From: Octopus vulgaris
Taxonomy: Eukaryota
Assembly (NCBI GenBank): GCA_951406725.2
Contig: OX597818.1
Coordinates: 26,412,001 to 26,476,000, forward strand
DNA length: 64,000 nt
Direction of reading: 5' to 3'
A program made the translations under genes and the position numbers. Below are positions 21,415 to 36,475 of this stretch, piece by piece. Position 1 is the first letter of the stretch. Each line of letters starts with the position of its first letter. The notes beneath the pieces are model-generated. The model was not told where the DNA came from. It saw only the letters and a program-made list of their open reading frames with translations, and ran no database searches.

Positions 21415-22186
21415 TATGTGACAGAAGCTGCAAAGTCACCTTCAAACAGAGAGATATAGATATGTCAAGAGAATATTCGAAAATCAGCCAAAGGTTTTTT
21501 TAAAAAGTATTTTTAAAATTTTATCATTTATTGGTTTGGTTTGGAAAGCCCTCCAGGAGTGATTAGATTAACACTATTAATGATCCTCTTAAATATTTAC
21601 AAGTTGATGAACTGCAGGAAAACATATAGGCAGAGAGTAAATTCCAGGAAGATTACGCTCTAGGAAGCAAGGACTAGGCAATTCACATGCAACCAGCAGT
21701 ACTATATTGATTTCCATGACTAAGATACTTAGCTCTTAAATGGCTAAGTTTATCTGAAAACAGAAACTTCAAAATAAGGACAATCACTGCAGAAAGCAGT
21801 GGAACTGTGAAATTGATGGATATTTCATTTGTTCAAAGTATTGAGTTCAACTCCAGCTGAAGGTAGTGTTCACTATTTTCCCCTTGTTTGGGTCTATGAC
21901 CCTCCATGTTTGTTTTTGTTTGGTTTCCCTGTATATCTCTACTGTTCTGTTTTTGTTCCTAATTTTGACCCACCATAAATCTAAAATTTTATTTTGGTAA
22001 TATGGGGCAATTGTCTTCAAAGACTCATATTGTCCTTTATTGCTCAAAATGGGGAGCAGATAGACATCTGACAACTGATGAAGGGTCATTCTTTGTATTA
22101 TTTGTCCTTTTATTCTCTCGTTATTTGCATATCTGTTTTCGCATTTCATCTTGTTTACTGTTGGTGATGTCGACGTCCTGTACCCA

Positions 22187-22307
<121 letters not shown>

Positions 22308-22394
22308 ATATATATATATGTATGTATGTATGTATATATTTATGTATGTATGTATTTATGTATGTATGTATGTATGTATGTATGGGTAGTAAAG

Positions 22395-22766
<372 letters not shown>

Positions 22767-22774
22767 TATAGAAG

Positions 22775-22827
22775 GAGCTTCTACAGGACTAGTACTGTTT
22801 CATTCAAGAGAAATCTTCAGGAAGCTC
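22775..22827 (-). ncRNA. Type I hammerhead ribozyme (minus-strand arm of palindrome)
   Basis: Exact reverse complement of 22835-22887. Confidence 0.7.
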
Positions 22828-22834
22828 TATTAAT

Positions 22835-22887
22835 GAGCTTCCTGAAGATTTCTCTTGAATGAAACAGTACTAGTCCTGTAGAAGCTC
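22835..22887 (+). ncRNA. Type I hammerhead ribozyme
   Basis: gagcttc-CTGAAGA-t-ttc-tctt-gaa-t-GAA-ACAG-tactagtc-CTGT-A-gaagctc. 7-bp helix I; 4-bp helix III with ACTAGT palindrome in its loop; GUA cleavage after 22880. Confidence 0.75.
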
Positions 22888-22969
22888 CTTCTATATAATA
22901 AATTAATTTTACTCTGCTATGTATTGAGTACCTTACTTACTGTGGTTAACCCCGAATCAACCCGGGACC

Positions 22970-25298
<2,329 letters not shown>

Positions 25299-26192
25299 AT
25301 ATGAGGAAGTACCCAAAAGTAACCGGAAATGTCCTCTGTGGGACAAGCCCATTGTAGTTCAGGCTTCTGCTACTAGAAGCCACTTGATGCGACCCTCAGG
25401 TATCATTCTGCTGACCAGTGTTACTGGGTGGGATTGTACTGCCACATGGTGCATCTTTGTTTTGCAGTGCTTCTCCCCAGTTCATTGATTTTTGTGATGG
25501 CTGAAACAAAGGAACAATGTGCTGCTGTGAAATTCTGTTTTCTGCTTGGGAAAACAGCAGCTGAATCAGTTGTCATGCTTCAAACTGCTTACAAGGATGC
25601 TGCCATGAGCAAAACACAAGCTTATGAGTGGTTTTCCCACTTTAAGAATGGTCACCTGTTGCCTGAAGACCAACCTCCTTCAGGATGACTGTTGACCTCA
25701 CAAATGAATGAAAACATCACAAAAATTCACGAACTAATCTTGGAGGATCATCACCAAATAATTGACATTCTTGTTGATATTACTGGTGTGTCCTGGAGCT
25801 CCGGCCAATGGATTTTGAACGAGGAATTGCAAATGAAAAGAGTTGCAGCAAAATTTGGGCATTGCTTGCTCACAGAAGATCAAAAGCAGTTATGACTGAA
25901 TGCGTGCTGTGAACTGAAAGTTGATCTGGACTGTTTTTCAAAGGTGATCACTGGTAATGAAAACTGGTGCTACAGAATTTGCTGATGTGGGAGAGTTGAA
26001 ATCAAAAATGATGGAGGCATTAAAAGGCATCACTTCACAAGAGTTCCAGCACTGCTTTGAACAGTGGAAAACACATTTGGACTGATGCATTGCTTCAAAT
26101 GGAGAATCCTTTGATGGTGATAAAATTGTAAACATGTAAAACTAAGTGAATAAAATAATGTTGCAAAATTTTGGTTTCTTTTGGACACCCCT
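25299..26192 (+). mobile_element. Decayed, internally deleted mariner transposon
   Basis: MAETKEQCAAVKFCFLLGKTAAES...YEWFSHFKNG (HTH), then KRVAAKF, VITGNENWCY and CI.SNGE.F.GD. Ends tgaggaagtacccaaaagtaacc / ggtttcttttggacacccct. Confidence 0.85.
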
Positions 26193-26199
26193 TTGTTTG

Positions 26200-26478
26200 T
26201 GTGTGTGTGTGTTTGTATGTGTGTGTGTGTATGTGTGTGTGTTTGTGTGTGTTTTTTGTGTTTGCTAGTCCATCACCACCACCACCACCACCACCACCAC
26301 CACTGGACAACTTGTATTGGTTTGTTTACATCACTGTTGCTTTGTGGTTTGGTAAAAAGATACAGATAGAATAAGTACCAGGCTTAAAAATAAGTACTGG
26401 GGTTGATATGTTTGACTAAACTCTTCAAGGCAGTGCCCCAGCATGGCCACAGTCTAACGAATGAAGCAAATTAAAGAC
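26200..26478 (+). mobile_element. SINE family B, 3' half
   Basis: gatagaataagtaccaggcttaaaaataagtactggggttga...ggcagtgccccagcatggccacagtc. Confidence 0.65.
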
Positions 26479-26942
26479 TATCATATTTTAGAACTCAATA
26501 GAAGGATACATTGAATAATGTTGTTGTACATGTCTGAGAAAAAAGTTGATGTAGTCATATCTGGAACCTGTATCTTTTTATCATAGGTTTGCTTTATTAG
26601 GGTTATCTTGGGCTGAACAGGAACAATGATAATGACAACAACTGGCAAAGATATCATGCATATTTTCAGTTGCACGAAGCAACAAATTCATCAGTGATAT
26701 GTCATAGATTGATAAGGGGGTAAAAAAGCATAACATCTGAAATACTCTGCCCATTGGCTATTGGTTATGAGTTGGAGTTTACTCAGATAACTTTTATCTT
26801 CAATTTCACATATAAATTTACATCAAGTTACTTACTTATTGACTCCAGATCTTATCGCCAGAAGTGGGAAATTAGTAGCTAATGAGAATGAGTTAATGAA
26901 AGAAGGACAAAAAAGATAGTATAATGACAATGATGATATTTT

Positions 26943-26944
<2 letters not shown>

Positions 26945-26979
<35 letters not shown>

Positions 26980-27080
26980 GTTTAGCGTCCGCTTTCCATG
27001 CTAGCATGGGTTGGACGGTTCAACTGGGGTCTGAAAAGCCAGAAGGCTGCACCAGGCCCAGTCTGATCTGGCAATGTTTT
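26945..27080 (-). mobile_element. RTE LINE 3' terminal fragment with (CAT)n
   Basis: (cat)n cgtttagcgtccgctttccatgctagcatgggttggacgg. Confidence 0.85.
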
Positions 27081-27284
27081 AATGGTAGAATTAATTAGTG
27101 GGGTCTTAGTAAATTGAGGTGAATTAGCAGGATTGTAAATATATATTTTTCACTCTCTGTGCTACAAGTTCAAATCCTCTGAAGGTGAATTTTGCTTTTC
27201 ATCCATTTGTTTGATTAAGTTGATGACCTACTCATGGAATACTCATCCACTTTGTGACTGAATATTTCTCAAACATGTGTACTT

Positions 27285-27482
27285 TTAACCCGTTAGCATT
27301 TAAACCAGCCATATCCAGCCAAAATGTTCTACATATTTTAAGTTCAAAGTGGCTGGATCCAACCTCTCGCACCTATCCTACAATGTAATTCTAAAAATAA
27401 CACTCACGCCATCAAAATCTCAAAACAATATAAATAAATAACCATTACATTTGACTGAGTTATCTGAATGCTAAAAGGTTAA
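27285..27482. mobile_element. TTAA-flanked (piggyBac-type) MITE
   Basis: TTAA-cccgttagcatt ... aatgctaaaagg-TTAA; related copy in the opposite orientation at 32852-33038. Confidence 0.7.
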
Positions 27483-30400
27483 TGTAATTCTTAAGTAGAA
27501 TCAGTATGAGACAAGAGCAATATGACTAGACCTTCAAATTACAGGTATTGTCCATTTGGTGGGCTTCTGCACAGTTTCTGTCCATTCAGATTCATTCATA
27601 TAACTTGGGTCAACTTGAGGCTATGGTAAAGTTACGTTTTAGTATGGTCGTATTCATATTTCTTATTTTCTGAGCAAACATGCAAATAAATACCATTAAT
27701 TTTCAATTATGTATGATTTAAAACAGATTTTTTACATTTGCACAGGGCTACAAATTTTGTTTTCACACCCAGTACTTGACTGGAACATTATTTATTGACC
27801 ATGAAATGATGAAGGATAAAGCTGACCTTAGTAGATTTGAACTCAAAACATAAAAAGCCATAAATACTGCAATGCATTTTATCCAATACCCTAACGACTC
27901 TTTCTGTTATAATAAAACAACCAGTAATAGATTCGAAGTTATTTAATCATTATGTCACTTTCATAGCAACATTTGGTTTTGGATCCAATGAATATAGAAA
28001 TCAATATTCAAAATGGTAATTTTTCAATTACATCTGTGTTCACCATTATTTTAGTTACCTCTATTTTTAACTGGACATGGATTACGACTTTCTGGTTGAT
28101 GAACGGAAATGTTTTCTAGTTATTTACATCAATAGTTTAGCCTAATTTGTCTGTGCTTTTATTCACATATATTATTAGATTAATATTCAAAATATGTAAT
28201 GTTTAGCTACTGGTTTATTAACTGATTTAGGTTCCTTTTCTGACACTGATGTCTTCTCTTTACCATGCAATTTTCTTTCTTTCTCTTCCTTTACATGTGA
28301 CTTTAAATTGTATTTCTTTCATTTGGTCCTGTTGTGTTAGTTTTTAGCATATCACGTTTTCTTCCAAATTATGTCTCATATTCGTTATTATAACTGTGTA
28401 TTTATTAATGATTGAGTATTACATGTGTCAATATCAAGTTCATTCATCTCTATATCTTACAAGTGAAGTTTATTTTTATATTATTGTAAGATGATTAGAT
28501 GGATAAAGCATTGGTTTGCCAGCTCATGTTCATGAGTCCATGCTACATTGCAGGTATCAGGTATTTTTTGGTAAATGTTATTTGCAATAAACTAACATCA
28601 TATCTAAGAGGAAATTTATCTCTTATTTACTTAGCGCTACAAAACTGTAGTCAAGCCTTAGGGAATACTAGGCTTAATGGAAGGATTAACTTTAATATTG
28701 GTTTTATTTAGATTCAGCTTTCATTAATCATGTGTTAAATGATACATTCAGCTTCCATTAATCATGTTTTAATTGACATAAGGTAACAAAATATGGTAGC
28801 TGCTGAAAGTCTTGCTCGATTTTGTACACACACACACATGCATGCATGCACATGCATGATCTTCCACACAGTTTTCATCTCTCAGTTTCAATCACAAAGC
28901 ATTGGTTAGCTGGAAGCTGTAGTAGAAGACAACTGAACCTGAGACCACATGGTTGCAAAGCAAACTCTTTCACAGACTGTCTTTTGAGAGAAATTTTACT
29001 TATCAACCCAGAAGGATGAAAGACAGGTAGGTCGACCTCAGCAGGATTTGAGAGCCAGAAAAAAATGTTGCAAGCAATTCTGTTTGATGTTATGAAGACT
29101 CTGCCAATCCTCTTCCTTTGATTCATCAATGTCTTTGAGAAAAGCTAAAACTTCTAATATTGTCTTAATCAGAAAATAATGTGTAACTTCATGTCATTAA
29201 ATAAGAACAAACACTATTTCTAGTTTTTAGAATACTTTTATTTTATTTTATTTTATTATTTCTCTATTGTGGTGAAGGTCATTGTTGTGGCAAGGCCAAT
29301 GTTGTATATCTAGTGCGATTACTAAAACAAAAGGCATTTATTATTAGTCAGAGAAGGCAGTGACCTGGCAGAGTCATTAGCATTTCAGACAAAATGTATT
29401 TCTTTGGACACATTACATTCTGAGTTCAAATTTCACCATGGTCCACTTTGTCTTTCATCCTTCTGACATAGATAAAATAAGTACTAATTGAGCATATGGG
29501 GCAATATAATTGACTAGCCCACTTCTCCAAACTTTCAGGCCTTGTGCCTATTGTGGCAAAAAAAAAAGATTAGTTAACCAGAGGAGGGGGAGCAGCAGCA
29601 GCAGTGGCACTCATCATCCTTGTAGCCCCTTCCACACTGGCTAATGAGGTTGATGTTTAGTTTGAAATGTTGTGTAAAAGAGTGTAGAGAACATAATAGC
29701 TAATTCTGGAACACACTGGTTGAGGTAATGGAAAGTCACCCTGTTTAGTAAAGTACTGTAACTGTGAGTTATTGGCTGGTTATGAACATGAGGCAGAGTG
29801 TAATTTAGACAAGCACCATTCCAAAAGTTAAATATGGTTTTATTTACACTGCACAAGTTGGTTATGAATTACAAAACTCTCCACTTAGAGTCAACAAGAT
29901 GCATGGAACATAATGTCACATTCATGGTGGCTGGATATAAAGGCTAGATTAAACAGTGTAACATATATACACATCGCTTTATATCTGCCATCACATAGTG
30001 CATATCTGGATGAGCATGCAATTGTTAGAATGACTATGTAAGATGGAGTGTGTATATCAGACTGCACATTGACACTTAAAATCATCTTTATTTATTGGTT
30101 TATTATGGAGAACAATCAAGAAAGCTTTAGAGAAACTATCACATAAAAAACAGCCACCAATTGGTTGATAACTTGGCTTCACATGTGAAAGAATCGAGCC
30201 ATGTCATGACTTGAAGTCCATAATGTGGTGACTCAGGTTCGAATCTTGTTACGGTACAAAACAATTTTATCTGAAATTAATTAACATAGAAAAACTTGGT
30301 ATGATCTCATATGCTATTGTTTGATAAGCAAGAAGCAAGTGAAGTATGGATGCATGGAAAATACAAGTTGCTTGTATCCCTCTTCATGAATGAAATAGTA

Positions 30401-30911
30401 AAATGTTGAACCAAGATCAGAAGTACATTCACTGCAGTGTTTCAGGTTCAATCAATTCTTCTCATACATTGCTTTACATATTTATTCTTAAAGCCCAAAC
30501 AAAATAACTCCAGGCAAACTATTCATTGAAATGCTTGTGTGCAGATAACCAGTCATTCAATGAAGAATTAATCTAGGTGCTACAAAAGAGGTGAAACCTG
30601 AAAAAATTAGTACATTTCTAAGATAATTGTTTAGTCTCAGAGCAATCTTAACTGAGCAAATTTAGGATCAAAAACATTCTAGCTTGGTTATCCAGTCTTT
30701 TCATTTTCAGGACTACAATATTCAATGTTTTCTTCCTTTTTTGAAGATGGTAAGATGTTATCATGTTATTCAGCTGTTATTGCTAACCATACAGAGACCC
30801 TCACATCAAGTCTAAGGTATTAGCTTATGGGAGAAGACTCAACAGCCCAACACCATAAGGAATAACTGAGCTCAATATATAAGAAGAATTAAATGTCTCA
30901 TCATCACTGTG

Positions 30912-31302
30912 TTAACCCTTTCGTTACTGTATTTATTTTGAGATGCTCTGTGTTTCTTTCAATTATTTTAAATAACACCCACTACACTCACAGAGTGGAT
31001 AGTGTTAGGAAGGGCATCCAGCTGTAGAAACACTGCCAAATCAGACTAGAGCCTGGTGCAGCCTCCATGGCTTACCAGACCCCGTTCGAACTGTCCAACC
31101 CATGCTAGCATCGAAAACGGACGTTAAATGATGATGATAACAAAGAATTTAGTAAAATAACTTAGTTATCATTAAGCTAATGTTAGGAACGTAAATTGTG
31201 ACTAAGGCTTGGTGGAATATTTTAATTCAAAACTTAAGAAAACAAGACATTTTACCACAGAGCCAGAGGCAGTTTTGGCCAGGTTAGTAACAAAAGGGTT
31301 AA
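30912..31302. mobile_element. TTAA-flanked MITE with nested RTE 3' end (~30976-31140, +)
   Basis: TTAA-ccctttcgttac ... gtaacaaaaggg-TTAA. The inner RTE tail ends (gat)n and has ataaca on both sides. Confidence 0.75.
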
Positions 31303-32069
31303 ATAAGTTTACATTGTTGCTGTGTAATCTCAAGTAAACTGTTAGCAACTTCCCTTCTAAATATTTTATATGATTGCAGTAACTGAGAATGACTAACTAA
31401 AGTTAGAAGACTATCCACTAACCATCTAGTAGACCAGATACAGTAGATCATTTTATTATGTATGTTTGAGCCCAGTTTACAATGTAGTAACTATGAAAAT
31501 AAATGGAATGCAGACATTTAGAGAAATACTTTTTCACAAAAATTAACAGATGAACGTCAGTGCTCTAGCATGGCCCCAGCCTCTGGCTGAAACCAGTAAA
31601 AAAGTAAAAGAATAATAGATTTTAGCTATGTGCATATTAAGTAATTTACAAAAAGCTTGTTTGATATAACAGCAAAATATAGAAGTAGAGCTTGAAAAAC
31701 AAGCTGTAACAAGACATGATTAACATAAGAAAGAATAATTTGTTGAATATGCTATAGGAACTTGAGAAAAAGAAGGAATGTAAATTAATTGAGAAAATGT
31801 CTTGAATATTAGAAACATTAAACAACATATATGTAAAGGTGATAAATAGTGTGTGCATATAATGATTGATAAAAAAACTACAAGTCACTATTAAAGTATC
31901 ATCACAGCAGTTGAACCATAAGATAGACTTGAATTGAGACAGCTGCATCAGATCAGAGAGAGCTATATCTAACATAAGAAATATATTGTGCAGACTTAGT
32001 GCAATCACATCTGTCAAAAAATTACATGTAAAGTCAGTTATTATTGTTGTTGTTATATTTTATTTCTCA

Positions 32070-32460
32070 GAGAAAGTGTGAGAGCAGATAGTGACCTGTT
32101 GTCAAAAGTCTCACAAGGTCTCTGTCCATGATACTTAACACTCAAGCACCAATCTCAAAATCCTCACAGTTCCCAACAGAGCAGTTTTTTTAAACATGTC
32201 CGCTTTCCATGCTAGCATGGGTTGGACGGTTTAACTTGGGTCTGGGAAGCCAGAAGGCTGACTGGGCCTGGTGCAGCCTTCTGGCTTCCCAGACTCCAGT
32301 TAAACCGTCCAACCCATGCTAGCATGGAAAGCGGATGTAAAACGATGATGATGATGATGTTCTACCCTTATGTAACCTTTTGAGCATGTTCTACCCTCAT
32401 GCCTATGACAGCTATATTTATTGCCTTAGACCATTTTGTTGTGGCAACCATAGAATGATG
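32070..32460 (-). mobile_element. R4/Dong-like LINE 3' end interrupted by an RTE fold-back
   Basis: Minus strand reads MRVEHAQK / KTALLGTVRILRLVL*, the typical C-terminus of restriction-like-endonuclease LINEs. Confidence 0.55.
32199..32358. mobile_element. Palindromic (fold-back) RTE 3' end
   Basis: Arms 32199-32260 and 32274-32335 are reverse complements of the RTE terminus; (GAT)n tail on the right side. Confidence 0.85.
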
Positions 32461-32851
32461 ACTGGGCATATGCTGCTCACCCAAGAGGGCACCTACCAGG
32501 CAAGAGTCCATCACCTGAAGTTCCGTCCTTATTTATGCCATTGTTTGTATTAATTATTTTATCCATTACTCTCATGCAGAGAAAAACTGATGATAAGGTG
32601 TCATTATTATTATTGAGTGAGAGAGCAATGCATGTCATCAAAGTGATGCTGGTGTACAAACATATAAAGCCCAATATACTCATTATGACCACTAGTCTGA
32701 TAAGGGTACACTAGGGACATGCATTACAACCATATGTGCATAATACAGTAACCTCATATAAACAACACATGATCTTGCAGGTAGGACCCAGTTAAATTTT
32801 TTTCAAGTCAATTAGTCCATCCTGCTTCAAAGGTCCCTGAATAAGTGTTGT

Positions 32852-33038
32852 TTAATCTTTTAGCATTTATCTCACTCTATCAAATGTAAAGCTTATTTAT
32901 TCATATTGTTTTGAATTAATCATGCATTATCTCATAGCTTTGAGGTTTTGATGATGCGACTATATTTTTAGAATGACAAACATAAAACAGGTAGAATATT
33001 TAGGCTAGATATGGCCAATTTAAATGCTAATGGCTTAA
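32852..33038. mobile_element. TTAA-flanked MITE, same family as 27285-27482
   Basis: TTAA-tcttttagcatt ... aatgctaatggc-TTAA. Confidence 0.6.
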
Positions 33039-33094
33039 TATTGAGGAATGAAAAAACCCATGTTTCCAGGGGTGAGTTATCCAAACTCCAAATT

Positions 33095-33425
33095 CTCCAA
33101 GTTCAAATTCTGCCAAAGTCAACTTTGCCTTTCATCCTTTTGGAATCAATAAAATAAGTACCAGTTGTGTACTAGGGTCAATGTACTCAACTATCCCACT
33201 CCCACAAAATTTCAGGCCTTGTACCTATTGTAGAAAGGGTTATTATTGTTGTTGTTTTTGCTGATGTTATTATTATTGCTTTTGTTAGCAAAATGGTAGT
33301 CATTAGTGCATAGGGCAGAATGTCTTGTAATATTTGATTTGGCTCTTAATGCTCTGAGTTCAAACCTTGCCAAAACCAACTTAGCCTTTCAGTTTTTGGG
33401 GTTTATAAATAAAGTACCAGTCTAG
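33095..33425 (+). mobile_element. Two degenerate SINE family A-like copies
   Basis: gttcaaattctgcc..gtcaactttgcctttcatcc...aagtaccag occurs twice. Confidence 0.6.
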
Positions 33426-33536
33426 GGTATGGATTGGCCGAATTATTAGAGCATTGAACAGGCTGGATATGTTGCACTTAGTTCATTCTGAGATCAAATC
33501 CTGCTTCCTGTCACTGGAAAAAAATGGATCTTTTGA

Positions 33537-34275
33537 GATCTAGTGAAAGATCCTGCAAATGGACAGAGATTTAGAGACATATTACTTGAAGCTTTTGATG
33601 AAATAGAGGGGGATATAGCATCACATGATGTGGAAGACAACTGGAGGTTTCTATGGGACAACCTGCTGAGAGCCACTGACCAGATCTGTGGATGGTGCAA
33701 AGTCCCCTCTTGACCCAAGGTGATGTGAAACAATGTTGTTGACAGGGCCATTAGGGTAAAGAAACAGGCTTGGAAGGACTGGAAGAATGGTGGTAGCAGG
33801 GAATTGTATCAGACTGCCAGTAGGGAAGCTAGGAGACTGGTTTATTTAGCCAGAAGGGAAGCAGATAAGAAAAAATTTGCCAATGTTCTGCACCGTGAGG
33901 ACCAAAGACTTGAGGCATTTCATGTTGCAAGACAGTGTGTAAGAGAGTAACGTGATGTCGTAGGAGAGAAATGTGTCTGTATGGATGATGGTTCACTTGC
34001 ATTAAATGAGGCTGCAAAGAAAGAGGTTTGGAGACGCCACTATGAAAGGTTGCTAAATAAAGAGAATGAATGAGAGAAAGATAGTCTGCCGAATACTGAC
34101 CCAACAGAGGGACCAGCTGTCTGAATTGACCAGCTATCTGAATTGACCAGCTATCCGAATTGACCAGCTATCTGAATTGACCAGCTATCCGAATTGACAG
34201 TACCTTGTTAGATAAAGCAATTATGGGTACGAAGACAGGGAAAGCCCCTGGCCCATCAGGAATCACCACAGAGAT
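33537..34275 (+). mobile_element. RTE LINE fragment with internal 17-bp tandem repeat (5 copies, ~34113-34198)
   Basis: Homologous to 19880-20620; contains (ccagctatc(t/c)gaattga)x5. Confidence 0.85.
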
Positions 34276-34739
34276 GATAGCGGTGGTGTTGGTGGTAGTT
34301 GAGGTGGTAAAGGATTATGGTGATAGTAAGTGATGTAAAAGACAGTGGTGATGGTAGTGGAAGGGAAGGTGGTGAAGTAAATGGTATTGAAGGTGGTGGC
34401 GTCAGAAGTCTGAATGATGTGTGTATGGCAGTTGTGGTGGCGATGGTGGTGGTACTAGTGATGGTGATGTTTGAAAACAATCAACAGAAAGAGAGAGAGA
34501 AATAAAGGGGTTAGACAGGAAAGAAAATTGCTCTGACTCCTGAATGGGAAGACAAAAAAATGTTGTTTGCCATGCAGCTTTGCAATAAGTTCCAAGTCGA
34601 CAAATTATATCATTGTTTTGATGAAAATTGTTCATTGGTTAAAATATTGGTCAAGTTTAATAAAATTTAATATGTACTCAATGCATGAAGTGTCATTATA
34701 GGGTGCAAAGCCCAATGAAGAGCCCTCCACAGGAGCTAG

Positions 34740-34779
<40 letters not shown>

Positions 34780-34786
34780 CTAGCTG

Positions 34787-34866
<80 letters not shown>

Positions 34867-35039
34867 AAATTTAACATTAAAAATAACCAATAACAAAACA
34901 ACAAAAGGATGTACACATGGCACTCAGTAAAAGTGTAAAAAAGAGTGTTTTTTTTTTTTTACATTTCAAGCGTAGCTCTTCAGAAAGAGAAAGGAAAGGT
35001 CTGGGGAAGGAAAAAATGACCAGGAAAGCATGATATATA

Positions 35040-35260
35040 TACTACAAGCTTCTTTCAGTTTCTGTCTACTAAATCCATTCACAAGGCTTTTGTCAGCTGG
35101 GAAATAGAACAGAAAACATGTGCCCAAGGTACCATGCAGTGGGACTGAACATGAAACCATGTGGTTGGGAAGCAAACTTCTCAACTGCATGCTCTGCCTG
35201 CACCTATAGCCACACCTGCACCTATAGCCACACCTGCACCTATAGCCACACCTGCACCTA
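35040..35260 (-). mobile_element. SINE family B 5' half with 18-bp tandem repeat at its head
   Basis: Reverse-complement head followed by (cctgcacctatagccaca)x3. Confidence 0.65.
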
Positions 35261-35713
35261 AATCTTACTAAACAGTCACAAGTTTAGCTTTTTTTTTTTT
35301 GTACAATATAGGTGAGAAAATATCTATTTAATCATATTGTATATGCATAACAATCCCACAGAGGTTTCTAAATTATAGTACATAATGAAGTATTTTTCTT
35401 TAATTGTCCATAATTATATTCATATATTAAACTGTATGGAACTTTGTGTATGTGTGCATGACACTGTGTCTGTCTATGTACTGTGACAGGTGCTTGTCAC
35501 ACTTCAAGGCATTAAGTAAATTGAAGCTGCGACATAACTCAACCTGTTCATTTTTAAAATTACCACAAATTTAGCATTAACAATAGTCCCTAGGTGCTGA
35601 AGGTACAAATTTTGTTGTTGATAGACATTCTCACTGTATGTTAGTTGTAATATATCTTTCTATCTGTTTATCAAGCTATCTACATATCTTTCCATCAATT
35701 TATCACTCAGTCT

Positions 35714-35882
35714 TCCTACCTACCTACCTACCTACCTACCTACCTACCTACCTACCTACATATCTGCCTACCTACCTACCTACCTACCTACCTACCTACC
35801 TACATACCTACCTACCTACCTACCTGCCTGCCTGCCTACCTACCTATCTACCTACCTACGTACGTACGTACCTACCTACCTA
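35714..35882. repeat. (CTAC)n tetranucleotide microsatellite
   Basis: Direct reading. Confidence 0.95.
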
Positions 35883-36276
35883 GATAGATAGATAAGTAGG
35901 TAGACAGCATAATTGTAGAAGAAAATGCCTACATGTATGACCTTGACAGCACCTATGTGTATGTAATGTATGCCATAATCATCATTATCATCATTATCAT
36001 TATTTTAATATCTCCTTTTCCATACTTACATGGATCAAATGGAGTTTATTGAGGCAGATTTTCTATGGCTGGATGCCTTCCCTATTGCCAATCTTGCATT
36101 TGTTTCCTGTTCATGGTAATATTTCTCCATACCCAGACATGTTGTTGCAGAATATTGGAAATGACTGATGCTGCTTGTATGACAGGAATACTCATTTGCA
36201 ATAATCATGTGATGCCAAAACAAGAAGACACAAATATAACACACACATGTGCATGCATATATGCATGCATTTACAA

Positions 36277-36308
<32 letters not shown>

Positions 36309-36314
36309 ACAACA

Positions 36315-36475
36315 GGCCTCTTTCAGTTTCTGTCAACCAAATTCATTCACAAGGCTCTGGTTGGTCTAGAGCAATAGTAGAAGGCACTTGCTCAAGGTAC
36401 CATGCAGAGGGACAGAACCCAGGACTGTGTGGTTGGGAAGCAAACTTCTTGTCACACAGCCATGCCACTGCTTAT
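36315..36475 (-). mobile_element. SINE family B, 5' half
   Basis: tttcagtttctgtc.accaaattcattcacaaggct...gaaggcacttgctcaagg...tggttgggaagcaa. Confidence 0.65.

Noticed and set aside
29640-30090. Weak LINE-like peptide (QCVPELAIMFSTLF)
   Set aside because: Single short resemblance with no supporting motifs.
34113-34198. Regularly spaced short repeats (also 35200-35260 and 57500-57725) considered as CRISPR-like
   Set aside because: Head-to-tail tandem duplications without unique spacers, inside eukaryotic retroelements; no cas genes.
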